Shown piece after piece: positions 37,950 to 50,110 of a stretch of 64,000 bases of DNA. This DNA is from Squalus acanthias (taxonomy: Eukaryota). Under the pieces are notes generated by a model. That model worked only from the letters and a program-made list of their open reading frames with translations. It ran no database searches and was not told the origin of the DNA. Where the stretch lies: NCBI GenBank assembly GCA_030390025.1, contig CM059435.1:81468001-81532000 (forward strand), given 5' to 3'. Made by a program: the position numbers and the translations under genes. Every line of letters begins with the position of its first letter. Within the stretch, counting starts at the first letter, position 1.

Positions 37950-38280
37950 TTCCCTATCTCTGTAAACTACAATCCACCCCAAGCTCTCCGTTTCTCCAAC
38001 TTTGACCTCGTGGATCCCCCCTCCGTTCTCCCGACCATTGGTGGTTTTGCCCTCAGCCACCTATGTCCCACTATCTGGAATTCCCTCCTTAAATCTCACC
38101 ACCTCTTTACCGTCCTCTTCTCCACTAAGAGCCTCCTTAAAACCCATCACTTTTCAAGCTTTAGGTCACCCCTCCTAACCTCCCCTTCTTTGGCTTGACA
38201 TCGTTTCTTTTCCTTATGCCGTTGTGAAGCACTGTGGAATGTTTTTCTATGTTAGAGGGACGATATAAATACAAATTGTT
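37950..38280 (+). mobile_element. L2 3' end
   Basis: TIGGFALSHLCPTIWNSL...KSLLKTH and L2 tail. Confidence 0.82.
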
Positions 38281-38789
38281 GCATGGCTTCTCACATCACA
38301 TATATTAAAAAAAAATCCTTGTTCATCAGTCTCAAACTTTTTTCTGATTGTTAAAAGCCAGTTTTTGGATGCGAATTGGATGTTACTGATTGCAAAAGTG
38401 GAGAAGTGGGTGGAGATCTATTCCACTAGATCTGCTCCAATTTCTTTGTCCCGTCTGATTTTGCAGGATTAATTGTGGTGTGTCTAGGAAGCACCTGCTA
38501 GGTTGTAGGCTGATGTATGTAAGTGAGGCCTCAGTGACATTGTGCACGTTAGCTTCCCCCATTTTCACTGGTGTGGCACGGGTTCCATACTTGCCTATAT
38601 AAATTGGTTCCCCAGGTGTTCTCGGCGCTGAACTATATGCTGAGGTTTAAAGAGCCTAGTAAAATGTAAGGCCATTGTGCAACTGTTTTTCTATTTTTTG
38701 GGTTATTTTTCTGTTGTTATTTAGGTTTTCAGCAGCCTTTGTGCCAATTGTTGTGCTGCTGCTCTTTTTCTCCAACAGCTTTAATGGTG

Positions 38790-39990
38790 CTACAATGGGT
38801 TTCTTATGGGAATATCCGTGCTTTTTGGAGGAAGAGGTGGCACTGTGCATGTCCCTGCTAGTACCCTGGAGTCTACAGACAAAGTTTTACATACCTTTAT
38901 CAGAGGAGGTGGGCTGTAGTTTACAAAGAATGTTGTGATAGAATTATGTTGCATGTTCTCATCAGACCTGTAGCCAAACTCCTCCACAGGCTCAGCACAG
39001 TGTGTTTATCAAGGTCAAAACTGCCCTTAATTCTTATGCTTCAAGATCGCCAGTTTCCAATTAGCTGTGGATAGATGTGTAAAACAAGTGCCGATGCCTC
39101 ATTTACTTGAGCAAAAATTTTACTTCCATTCCCCGGGCAATTGACAGCAGCATGAGAGGGCTGTGTAATTTTTATTGGCTAGCAAGACTCCCGAAGGGGT
39201 TTTAGGTTGCACTTATGTGGCCCTACATGTTCCATTATACAATACCAGTATCTACATGAATAGGAATGGAATTCACTCACTTGTTGTTGAGCTCATTTGT
39301 GACCATCAGCACTGGATTCTACAAGTTAATACTTATTACCAATGCAGAGGTCATAGTGCCTTTATTTTAAGGTAACCAACCAGCCGCCGATATTTGACCC
39401 ACAAAAGCAATTCTCGCTATCCTATGCAACCACGGCTCATGACACTTATGTGGTATTCCAGGACATCAGCTGGTCACAGGTATAGTGAGGTGCATGACTC
39501 CATCAGAGAATCACCGAGCACACCATTGGCATATTGAAGCAGTGCTTCAGGTGCTTGGAAAGATCTGGCGGTATCCTACAATACAGCTCGGTAAAGGTTT
39601 CAAGGATTGCTTGTGCTGCATATTTCACAGCTTTGCTCTGCAAAGAGGTACCATTATGTATCCTTGGATAACAAAGGCCTAGAGGTGCTTAAGGGAACTA
39701 CCAAGAGGAGCAGGAAGAGTATGAAGTAGGCAGCAGAGCAGAACCTGTTGCTGGGTGCAAGAGCCATTCAGCAAGTTCTCATACAGAAGACCTTCTCTTA
39801 ACTTGCAAATGCGGCCACTACATTAACAGTCCTGTATATATCTTTCCATGCCCTCCACAAATATGCCATCACCTGCAGTGCCTTAAATTTTCCAGGCACC
39901 GCATCAATATCAAATTCACACAGCTGATGAAACGTGCCTGCAAACCTTTGCAAGAATATTCTCTGCACAAAGCTTCAGTGCTATCACATT
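38790..39990 (+). pseudogene. Decayed PIF/Harbinger DDE transposase (HARBI1-like), followed by a possible second N-terminal fragment
   Basis: GVLGCTYVAL...YMNRNGIHSLVVELICDH...RGHSAFILR (~GAIDCTHV...NRKGFHS.NVQ.VCD...GS.HD..IL), RYPMQPRLMT and TIGILKQCFRCLERSGGILQYS; catalytic Asp positions mutated. Confidence 0.82.
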
Positions 39991-40026
39991 TTTATGGTTC
40001 TACTATGATTCTCCTTAGTGATAATG

Positions 40027-40468
40027 TATAGAAACATAGAAACTAGGAGCAGGAGTAGGCCATTCGGCCCGTCGAGCCTGCTCCACCATTCAATACGATC
40101 ATGGCTGATCATCCAAATCCAGTACCCTGTCCCTGCTTTCTCACACAGAATCCCCATCGAGCCTGCACCGACACATATCCCACCCTATCCCCGTAACCCC
40201 ACGTATTTAATTCCCCCTAACATATCCCATCCTATCCCTATAACCCCACATATTTAATCCCCCCCTAACACTAAGGGTCAATTTATCATAGCCAAATCAA
40301 CCTAACCCGCACATTTTTGGACTGTGGGAGGAAACCAGAGCACCCGGAGGAAACCCACGCAGACACGGGGAGAATGTGCAAACTCCACACAGACAGTCAC
40401 CCGAGGCCAGATTCGAACCCGGGTCCCTGGCACTGTGAGGCAACAGTGCTAACCACTATGCCACCGTG
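40027..40468 (-). mobile_element. Full-length HE1-like V-SINE with CR1-derived tail
   Basis: Minus-strand tRNA head with A box (tggcatagtgg) and B box (ggttcgaatc); V domain (ggtttcctccgggtgctctggtttcctcccaca); tail matching the CR1 tail at 27575-27655. Confidence 0.92.
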
Positions 40469-40479
40469 TATCTGTTGTT

Positions 40480-40747
40480 AACTCGAGGGGGTGAATTGAG
40501 GGTTGAATGTTGGCCTGGACACCAAGAGAACTCCCCTTCTCTTCGAATAGTGCCCTGGGATCTTTTACCTCCAGGGGTCTTGACTTAATGTCTTATTTGA
40601 AATATGGCACCTCCAACAGTGCAACACTCCATCAGTACTGCACTTAAGTTCAGCCTAGATTATGTGCTCCACTCTGTGGAGTGGGGCTTGGACCCACGAC
40701 CTTTGGACTCCAAGGCGAGAGTGCTACCACTGATCAAGGCTAACACT
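40480..40747 (-). mobile_element. Deu-domain SINE 5' portion
   Basis: Antisense Deu core and tRNA-like head. Confidence 0.8.
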
Positions 40748-41130
40748 AGGTGGGCAGCCTGGCTGTGTGTAGGTGTTGTTTTTGCTTTTGCTGCTAGGAG
40801 GTATGGTCTGACCTGCCAATTTACCCTTTTTCCTTGCAAGGAAGAGTCTGGCATCATCTTTGAACCTGTTTATCACAATACTGTTAATAGACCAGAAATT
40901 TGCTATGTATGCTAAACCTAGTCATAGTTCACTGGAGGGCTGACACTGCTGCCATCTTGTCACTGCTTTCCTGTGTCTTATCCAGCCTGCTTTAAACACA
41001 TTGCAAATTGTGAGTTACGTCAGTGAACTTTTATCCTCATAGCTATAAAATGCACGTGGCCATCAAGAGTTGCACTATCTTTATATTAAGGGAATATGCT
41101 TTGTGTTGATCCGGTGCAAAAGAAACAAGC

Positions 41131-42075
41131 CATAGAGTTATACAGCACAGAAAGAGGCCCTTCGGCCCATTGTGTCCACGCCGGCCATCAAGCCCTGTCT
41201 ATTCTAATCCCATTTTCCAGCACTTGGTCCGTAGCCTTGTATGCTATGGCGTTTCAAGTGCTCATCTAAATGCTTCTTGAATGTTGTGAGGATTCCTGCC
41301 TCTACCACCCTTTTAGGCAGTGAGTTCCAGATTCCAACCACCTTCTGGGTGAAAAAGTTTTTCCTCAAATCCCCTCTAAACCTCCTGCCCCTTACCTTGA
41401 AACGATGCCCCCTGGTTATTGACCCCTCTACTAAGGGGAAAAGTTCCTTTCTATCTACCCTATCTATGCCCCTCATAATTTTGTACACCTCAATCAGGTC
41501 CCCCCTCAGCCTTCTCTGCTCTAAGGAAAACAACCCCAGCCTGTCCAGTCTCTCTTCATAGCTGAAGCGCTCCAGCCCAGGTAACATCCTGGTGAATCTC
41601 CTCTGCACCCTCTCCAATGCAATCACATCCTTCCTATAGTGTGGCGACCAGAACTGCACACAGTATTCCAGCTGTGGCCTAACTAGCGTTTTGTACAGCT
41701 CCATCATAACCTCCCTGCTCTTATATTCTATGCCTTGGCTAATGAAGGCAAGTATCCCATATGCCTTTTTAACCACCTTATCTACCTGTCCTGCTGCCTT
41801 CAGGGATCTATGTACATGCACACCAAGGTCCCTCTGATCCTCTGTCCTTCCTAGGGTCCTACCATTCATTGTGTATTCCCTTGCCTTGTTAGTCCTCCCA
41901 AAATGCATCACCTCACACTTTTCAGGGTTAAATTCCATTTGCCACTGTTCTGCTCATCTAACCATCCCGTCTATCGTCCTGTAGCCTGAAGCTTCCCTCC
42001 TCGCTATTTACCACTCCACCAATTTTCGTGTTATCTGCGAACTTACTGATCATACCTCCTACATTCATATCTAAA
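41131..42075 (-). mobile_element. Young 5'-truncated CR1 LINE
   Basis: Uninterrupted 244-aa ORF 41204-41938 (MEFNPEKC...LVRPQLEYCVQFWSP...GYGPSAGKWD*) plus 3' hairpin/tail. Confidence 0.96.
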
Positions 42076-42862
42076 TGGCCTTGGCATAGCAAATCACATG
42101 TGCATTTCAAACACTTGATCAGGGCAGAGTTCAGATGGAAATGTTCTTGTCATAACAGCATTGTAAATTTTAATAACAATGATAAATTTTATGATATAAT
42201 AAAGGTGATATAACCCACAGCTTTAACCATCTTTATGACTGAGAAACTCTTCCACATTTCTGTTCAGAAGCACTGCACTTTCAACCATGTGTTACCAAGA
42301 AAATATAATGTATTAGACAAAGGTGTTGCACAACAAGATAAGAATGGTTATTTCTGAGAACCATTTATGGATACTTTGGCAGCTGTATTGAGATTTGCAG
42401 CTGTGCGATAGAAATGTGCGTGCCACAATAAAGGAAACTTCCTAAGCAGTTTATCATATTAGCATAGGCCAATGTCTCCAACAGTTAATTTTAATTGAGT
42501 TTCTATGTTTAAAGAAATTCTATTTTAAGGTGTGCATTCAAATTGCCTCTAATTGTTTATCTCAGTATGGAGCAAGAATAGGAGTTTTTGTGATCCATAG
42601 AACATTCTGAAATGACTGCCTAACGAGATTTTTATCCCTATGTAACTATTTGAACCCTATATTGAGGTGTGTAGCTGCATTTAATGATATAGATACTACA
42701 ACAGAAAACCTAAACCCATCTACCTATATAATTGCAAACATTGCATCCATAGGGTATCGTACCTTGAAAGTGTATGTTGGGCATTATACTTTAACTACCA
42801 CTATCTGTTTAGTTAACTATGCTGATTCATTTAAATATTCCATTGTCAATGAACGGGTAGGA

Positions 42863-43999
42863 TGAAGGGATATTTACTAGTCCCAGTCCCTTTAGGGCTA
42901 CCCCGGATCAGGCGTATTTCTCAGACGTTCACTTTCAACTAAAGTTTGAGGTAGCCGAATCTTAAAGACGCTTAATTGGGTCTAAAGGTCCGGGCTATCT
43001 CTCCCTAAAGGAAAGGAACAACCCAAGAATGTTACCGTCCTCCAGATAGCACTTTTAATAAGTTTAGCTAGACTGTAACATCCCGGATATTATGAGGGTC
43101 CGGAAAACTCCCTCAGAATTCTGCAACTCTTCACCAAAGAGTGTACAGAGATTGAGTTCGTGAGTTTTTGATACAGAAGACTTATGTGAGACTATTCTAA
43201 AAATATATAGAGATTTATTAAAAGAATCGACATGCAATTTACAGTTGGTGAATCAGTCAATCGCAACATTAACAGTTCTAAAAAGAGAAAAAATACTATC
43301 TTTTTAACAGAGAATCTTACTTTTAGATCTTAACTTCGCTACAGTATTACAGTTCTTAAAGTTCTCTTTACAGGATATCATCAATATCAAATACCTTTGA
43401 TCCCTGAGGTACAAAGAGTGGTGGACTACAGAGCCGCCTCTGAAGCCGAGAATCGCTTTGCCCGATTAAAGCGAGTCTGATATCCCATTTGAGAGTTCAA
43501 TATTTATACCCTTTTCCAGTGGTATTTCCTTTAAGGTTTTCTGCTGATGCAAGTTAATTATCTCTATTCATCTTTCTGTCGACCTCTGCAATTCTTACTG
43601 CCACATCAGCCAGAATCTTGTCTCATCTCCAGGTGTTCTAGGGTCACCATATAAAAACGGTGTGAATGGCAGGTGTTCCTTATTTTATGTCATCTTTACA
43701 AGGGCAGATGTTCCTTAGCTTATGTGCCATCTTTACGAAGTTAGAACACCTTATCCAGGGTGAACCATTGCTTTGTTCCCAAAAGGTCAGCTTGTCGGAG
43801 CCATGCACCTTCTGTTTCAATAAGGTTATTTATTCAGGGTCAACAACTGTCTTATCTCAATAGCCAGAATGCTTTCATAGCTATTTCATAGTTAGGTTTC
43901 TAAATTTCCAAACCCAGTTTGTCATGTTTTAATAAGGTCAAAATTCCTTCATAAGATAGTGTATTTTTCTGATTAGGTTATATGGCTTATTCCTTCACA
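42863..43999 (-). mobile_element. Solo LTR (1137 bp) of an ERV or Gypsy-type element
   Basis: TG...CA ends with inverted TGAAGG/CCTTCA; 4-bp TSD AGGA (42859-42862, 44000-44003); minus-strand TATAAATA (43508-43501) upstream of AATAAA (43219-43214). Confidence 0.68.
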
Positions 44000-44636
44000 A
44001 GGAAACACTATGACTACCAATCAGGAGCCAGCAACATCCATTAAACCAACCAATCAAAACAATGCTTTTCAAGTATTTTGAGCAACCACTTTGGCTGCAC
44101 ACAAACCTGCCACCCCCACATTCAGCTAAATTTAACATATAACATAATAAAAATATGAACAATTTAAAAAAGAGAAAAATAACTAAAATTACCCATAAAC
44201 ACCCATGAAGTATAATAACTCTCTTCCAGAATCATTCTCTCATGGGCCTATGCTTTCTCATGAGCTTGGAGCTTGGCTTGGCTCCCTTTCTCTGAAGCAT
44301 GCTTTACTCACCCGGGCCTTCCCGATTTTTTTCTGTCAAGTCTCAATGTATAACAAGGTCTTTGCCCTTCAAAGCCTCATTTAGAGCCTCTATATGTGCG
44401 GTCGTTCAGTGCTGCTTTGAGCATCTGCACCTCAGTCCTGGGCAGACGTGCATCTTTTAGATTGTGCACTTTCTCTTCCTCTCCCACTCTACTTTCCTCC
44501 ACAAGCCTGATATTTCCTCAGCCAGGACTGGCTCAGCTTTGTTTTTCTTCCTACTTAATTTTTCCCTCATAATTCTGTGTGTTCTCGGCCGTGACTCTGC
44601 TGTTGCATCTGAGCTTGGGTAGTTCAGAAATAGGAA

Positions 44637-44693
44637 GGATCAGACCGGGGAAAATGGATCAGACCGGGGGAAATGGATCAGACCGGGGGAAAT
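44637..44693. repeat. Three tandem 19-bp units GGATCAGACCGGGG(A/G)AAAT
   Basis: Seen directly, immediately 5' of the CR1 ORF2. Confidence 0.9.
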
Positions 44694-44929
44694 GCAAGGC
44701 AGACTAAGATTGGTTTGAAGTGCATGTGCATAAATGCACAGAGCGTGATAAATAAGGATGGTAAGCTGCAGGCACAAGTAGGCACATGGGATTATGATAT
44801 AGTGGCAATAACAGACACCTGGCTCAAATAAGGGGAAGAATGAACACTTAATATTCCTGGATACAATGTATTCAGGAAAGGTAGGAAAGGAAAAAAATGA
44901 GGGGGGTGGTAGTATTGATCAAAGATACT

Positions 44930-46668
44930 GGCCGGAATTTTCTGGGGTGTCAGTGGGTGGAATCGGTGGCGGGTCGGGTAGGAAAGTGCTTTTTTTTCAC
45001 AGCGGGACGGGAACCCGGCGCAACACGCCTTTCCCAATGTCGGGTCTGTCAGCGCTGAGCAGACCCGACAGGCAGTGGTTGGCGACCCAGTTAAACTCAT
45101 TATAATGTACTTAACAGACCCTTAACAGGCTTTTTTAACTTACTTTTTAACTTAAACTTCATGGCCACGGGAACCACACTGTTCGGGGACCACGTCTGTC
45201 AACCTGAGGCGGGAGTTCAGTGGCCATTTCTCCAGCTGATTATGACAGCTTCAAATGTACAGTAATAGCTCCCACCTGACAGATCATCACTTTCCTCAGC
45301 CACAAGCTGTTTCTCAGTCCATTTCCAGCACAGATTCTGCAGGCTTTCCACCCACTCTCACCTTATTGGAAGAACTCTCTCACCATTGACAGAATGCTTC
45401 TGTCATCTCTACTTCACCTGCCATCTATTCCATCAACACAGGTGCCCTGTATACTGTCTCACCTTGGTCCTCAGAATCTGACCACAATCAGCCCTAACAC
45501 CAGCAGCACCAGGCACACCAGCAGCACCAACAACAACACCAACCTTCTCCACAATCACCTGATGTGGCACAGCACAGAGGGCATCAGCACCCGAGCACAT
45601 TGCTGCCCGGGAGGCCAGGGATGGCCTCACCATGGCCAGATTTACTTCACTTGACGCTGTACACCCTGGCTGCCACATGATGCGCCAGGTTGGCACCACC
45701 CCACACCAACACCAAAAAGCATCCCTATAATGTCCAAGCCATTCCTTTCACACTCACCACCATTGCGGGGGGTACCGTTATGTCTCACCATTCACTGCAA
45801 CTCACTAAGACACTTACAAAGGTGCACACAAATCTGTCCAAGAATGGAAAGTGTTGAAAATAAAGGTTTCAATGTTTGACAGCACATTAACAGAAACTTT
45901 ACATGAACATTGGATAAAACACCCAAGTGGCTACCCTTGTGTGTTGTTAGTTGGTATGATTGCACTAGGATGAGGATGAGTGTGAGGGGTGGCTAGTGAG
46001 ATGGGGAAGTGATAATGTAGATAGAGAGTGATGGGTGGAGGTGCAAGGTAAGTTGGTGTGAGTAAGGATGTGCAGGAGTAGGGTAGGGAAGGCAGAGTGA
46101 TGGAGATGTGATGAGAGGCACAGGAGGATGAAGGTGAGTGTGGCTTTGTACTAATGTTTCGTGATCTAATGAGATCATTGAAAGGTTTGCAGCACTGCAC
46201 CCAGGTCCTCCTGATGACATCCCTGCTTGTGACCTCCTCTGCAATGTGCAACCAGCCTGTGTTGGTCTCCTGGGGAGGTCTCTTCCGCCCATGGGAAGGG
46301 AAGAGGACCTCCCTGCGTGCTGTGACTCCCTCCATAAGCATATGGAGGGAGTCATGGAAGAACCTGGATGCAGTCCTGCACCTCTGTGCAGTGATTGTCA
46401 CTGTTTGCAGCACTTCAATGCTGTAGAACACTGACAGCACAAATGTCAAAAGTAAGGTGGTCATGGTCCCTTTAAGGAAACCGGCTGATGATGCGTCATG
46501 AATGACGTCACCAGACCCACTTCCTCTAATTGGGCCGGGAAACGCGCTGGGCGGGCTTAACAAGCCAATCAACGTAAATTCATTTTGAACAACGGGATGG
46601 AGCCAGCAGCGGGGCCGCGACCCGACATCGCCCGCCCCGGACCCACCCAGGTGAACAAAATCCCGGTC
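44930..46668. mobile_element. Non-autonomous PIF/Harbinger transposon
   Basis: TIRs ggccggaatttt / aaaatcccggtc; 3-bp TSD ACT (44927-44929, 46669-46671); removal restores the CR1 frame IKD-TVTAL; CpG-rich subterminal arms. Confidence 0.9.
46155..46390 (-). pseudogene. Harbinger Myb/SANT-like DNA-binding protein, first-exon remnant
   Basis: ASRFFHDSLHMLMEGVTARREVLFP...GWLHIAEEVTS...RRTWVQCCKPFNDL matches the NAIF1/MSANTD-type Myb pattern. Confidence 0.82.
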
Positions 46669-47220
46669 ACTGTTACAGCACTAGACAGGGATGATGCACT
46701 TGAAGATTCTAAGACAGAATATATTTGGTTAGAATTAAAGAACAATTGAGCAGCTGTTATACTGCTGGGTGTATATTATAGGCCACCTAATAGTGGGAAG
46801 GAGATAGAGGAGCAAATTGCAGAAAGATGCAAGAACTACAGAGTAGTGATAATGGGGGACTTCAATTATCCTAATATAGACTGGGATAGTAACAGTGTAA
46901 AGGGCAAAGATGGAGAGGAATTCCTGAAATGTGTACAAGAGAATTTTCTTGATCAGTATATTTCTAGCCCAACAAGGAAGGAAGCAGTACTGGATCTAGT
47001 TCTGGGTAATAAAGTTGGGCAAGTGGAGCATATTTCATTGGGGGTGCATTTGGGGAACAGTGATCACAATATCATTAGGTTTAGAGTAGTTATGGAAAAG
47101 GACAAGGAAAAATCAAACGTGAAAATACTCAACTGGAGGAGAGCTAATTTCAGTGAGTTGAAAAGGGATCTGGCCAATGTGGATTGGAATCAAAGATTGG
47201 CAGGTAAAATAGTTAATGAA

Positions 47221-47447
47221 ACATAGAAACATAGAAACTAGGAGCAGGAGTAGGCCATTCGGCCCGTCGAGCCTGCTCCACCATTCAATACAATCATGGC
47301 TGATCATCCAAATCCAGTACCCTGTCCCTGCTTTCCCACACAGAATCCCCATCGAGCCTGCACCGACACATATCCCACCCTATCCCTGTAACCCCACGTA
47401 TTTAATTCCCCCTAACATATCCCATCCTATCCCCGTAGCCCCACATA
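47221..47447 (-). mobile_element. 5'-truncated HE1-like SINE inserted in the CR1
   Basis: Nearly identical to 40027-40253; short atgaa duplication at the junctions. Confidence 0.92.
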
Positions 47448-49167
47448 TGAACAATGGGAAAAAGAAGAGCATCCAAAGCTCAAGCTCCCTGGATGACTAA
47501 AGATATAGAGGTTTAAATGAGATAGAAAAATGAGGCTTATGACAATTGTAAGGTTCATAATACAGTGGAAAACCAAGCTGAATATAGAAGTACAGAGAAG
47601 ATCTACAAAAGGGAATAAGAGGGGCAAAGAGAGAGTATGAGAATAGATTAGCGGCTAACATAAAAGGGAACCCAAACACCTTTTATAAATACATCAATAG
47701 TAAAAGGGTAGTCAAAGGAAGGGTGGAGCCAATTAGGGACCAAAAGGAGATCTTCTTGTGGAGGCAGAGGGCATGGCTGAGGTAATAAATGAATATTTTG
47801 CATCTTCTTCACTAGAGAAGAGAATGCTGCCCAATGTAGCAGTAAAGGAGAAGGCAGTAGCAATATTGGATAGGATGAAAATAGATAAAGAGGATGTACT
47901 TAAAAGGTTGGCAGCCCTCAAAGTAGAAAAGTCACCCGGTTCGGATGGGTTGCATCCTAGGTTACTGAGGTAGGTAAGGGTGGAAATTGCAAAGGCTCTG
48001 GCCATAATCTTCCAATCCTCCTTAGATATGGGAGTGTTACCACAGGGCTGGAGGATTGCAAATGTTATGCCCCTGTTCAAAAAAGGAAGAGGGATAAACC
48101 CAGCAAATACAGGCCAGTCAGCCTAATGTCGGTGGTGGGGAAACTTTTAGAGACAATAATCTGAGACAAAATGATTTGGCACTTGGAAAAATATGGCTTA
48201 ATAAATGATAGCTGGCATGGATTTGTTAAAGGCAAATCGTGTTTGACTAACTTGATCGTGTTCTTTGAAGTAACAGAGAGGGTTGGTGAGGGTAGTGTGG
48301 TTGATGTGTATTTGGACTTTCAAAAGGCGTTTGATAAAGTACCACATCATAGACATTTTAGCAAAATTGAAGCCCATGGGATTAAAGGGGCAGTGGCTGC
48401 ATGGATATGAAATTGGCTAAGGGAAAGAAAGCAAAGAGTAGTGGTGAACGGTTGCTTTTCAGACTGGAAGGAAAAGTGCAGTGTTGTCCCCTAGGGGTCG
48501 GTGTTGGCACCACTGCTCTTTTTGATTTTTATTAATGACCTGGACTTGGATGTACAGGGCATAATTTCATCGTTTGCAGATGATACAAAACTCGGAAATG
48601 TTGTAAGCAGTGAGGAGGATAGTAAAAATTTTCATGAGGACATAGACAGACTGGTGAAATGAGCAGACACATGGCCGATGAAATTTAATGCAGAGAAGTG
48701 TGAAATGATTCATTTTGGTAGAAAGAATGAGGAGAGGCAATATGAACTAAATGGTACAATTTTAAAGGGGGTGCATGAACAGAGAGACCTGAGGGTGTAT
48801 GGACACAAACCTTTGAAGGTGGCAGGACAAGTTGAGAAGGCTGTTAAAAAAGCATACGGGATCCTTGGCTTTATAAATAGAGGCATACAGTACAAAAGCA
48901 AAGAAGTTATGCTAAACTTTTATAAAACACTGGTTAGGCCCCAGCTGGAGTATTGTGCCCAATTCTGGGCACCACACTTGAGAAGGATGTCATGGCCTTA
49001 GAGAGGGTGCAGCGGAGATTTATTAGAATTGTACCAGGGATGACAGAGTTCAGTTACGTGGAGAGGCTAGAGAAACTGGGATTGTTCTCCTTGGAGCAGA
49101 GACGATTAATGGGAGATTTGCTAGAGGTGTTCAATATTCTGAAGGGTTTTAATAGAGTAAATCATAA

Positions 49168-50110
49168 AATCATAGAAACCTACAGCACAGAAGGAGGCCA
49201 TTCGGCCCGTTGTGCCTGTGCTGGCTCTTTGAAAGAGCAGTCGTGCTTAGTCCCCCCCCCCCCCCCACTTTTTGTCGGTAACCCTGCAAGTTCCTCCTCC
49301 TCAAGTACCTGTCCAACTCTCTTTTAAAATTATTTCTGGAATCAGCTTCCACCACCTTTTCAGGTAGAGCATTCCAGATCCTGAGAACTCTCTGAGTGAA
49401 AAATATCTCCTTATTTCCCCTCTAGATCTTTTGCCAATGAATTTAAATCTATGATCTCTAGTTATTGACCCACTCACTATCTTCTCTGTCAAAACCTCTC
49501 ATCATCTTGAAAACCTCTATTAGGTCACCTCTAAAACTTCTCTTTTCCAACCTCTCCTCATAACTTAAGTCCCTCATCTCTGGTAACATCCTGGTAAACC
49601 TCCTCTGTACCCTTTCTAATGCCTTTACATCTTTCCTGAAGTGCGGTGCCCAGAATTGTCCACAATACTCCAGCTGAGGCCTAACCAGTGATTTATAAAG
49701 TTCTAGCATGATCTCTTTGCTTTTATATTCTATTCCTCTATTTATAAACCCAAAGAACCCATATGCTTTTTTAACCACCTTATCAATGTGCCCTGCCACC
49801 TTTAAGGATTTGTGTATATGGACACCAAGGTCTCTCTGCTCATCTATTTTTCAAAATCGTGCCATGTATAGTGTACTGTCTTTCCATATTAGTCCTCCCA
49901 AAGTGCATCACTTCACACTTCCCTGCATTGAATGTCATCTGCCATGCTTCTGCCCATTTCACCATCCTGTCTTATCCTGAAGCCTATAACTATCCTCATC
50001 ATGATCTATCTACTACTTTGCCAAGTTTTGTATCATCTGCAAACCTTATAATGCTGCTCCCTACTCCTGCGTCTAGGTCGTTTATAAAAATTGAAAAGAG
50101 TAATGGACCC
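49168..50110 (-). mobile_element. CR1 LINE inserted antisense in the 3' part of the large CR1
   Basis: ORF 49458-49799 LVRPQLEYCGQFWAPH; tail at 49170-49230. Confidence 0.92.

Noticed and set aside
40395-40468. tRNA gene
   Set aside because: It is the tRNA-derived head of the SINE and continues directly into the V domain.
44637-44693. Short direct repeats (and the 51.1-51.6 kb array) as CRISPR-like arrays
   Set aside because: No unique spacers between identical repeats, no cas genes, vertebrate context.
44930-45230. CpG-rich patches (also 46480-46668 and 52713-52930) as host promoters
   Set aside because: They are subterminal arms of DNA transposons bounded by TIRs.
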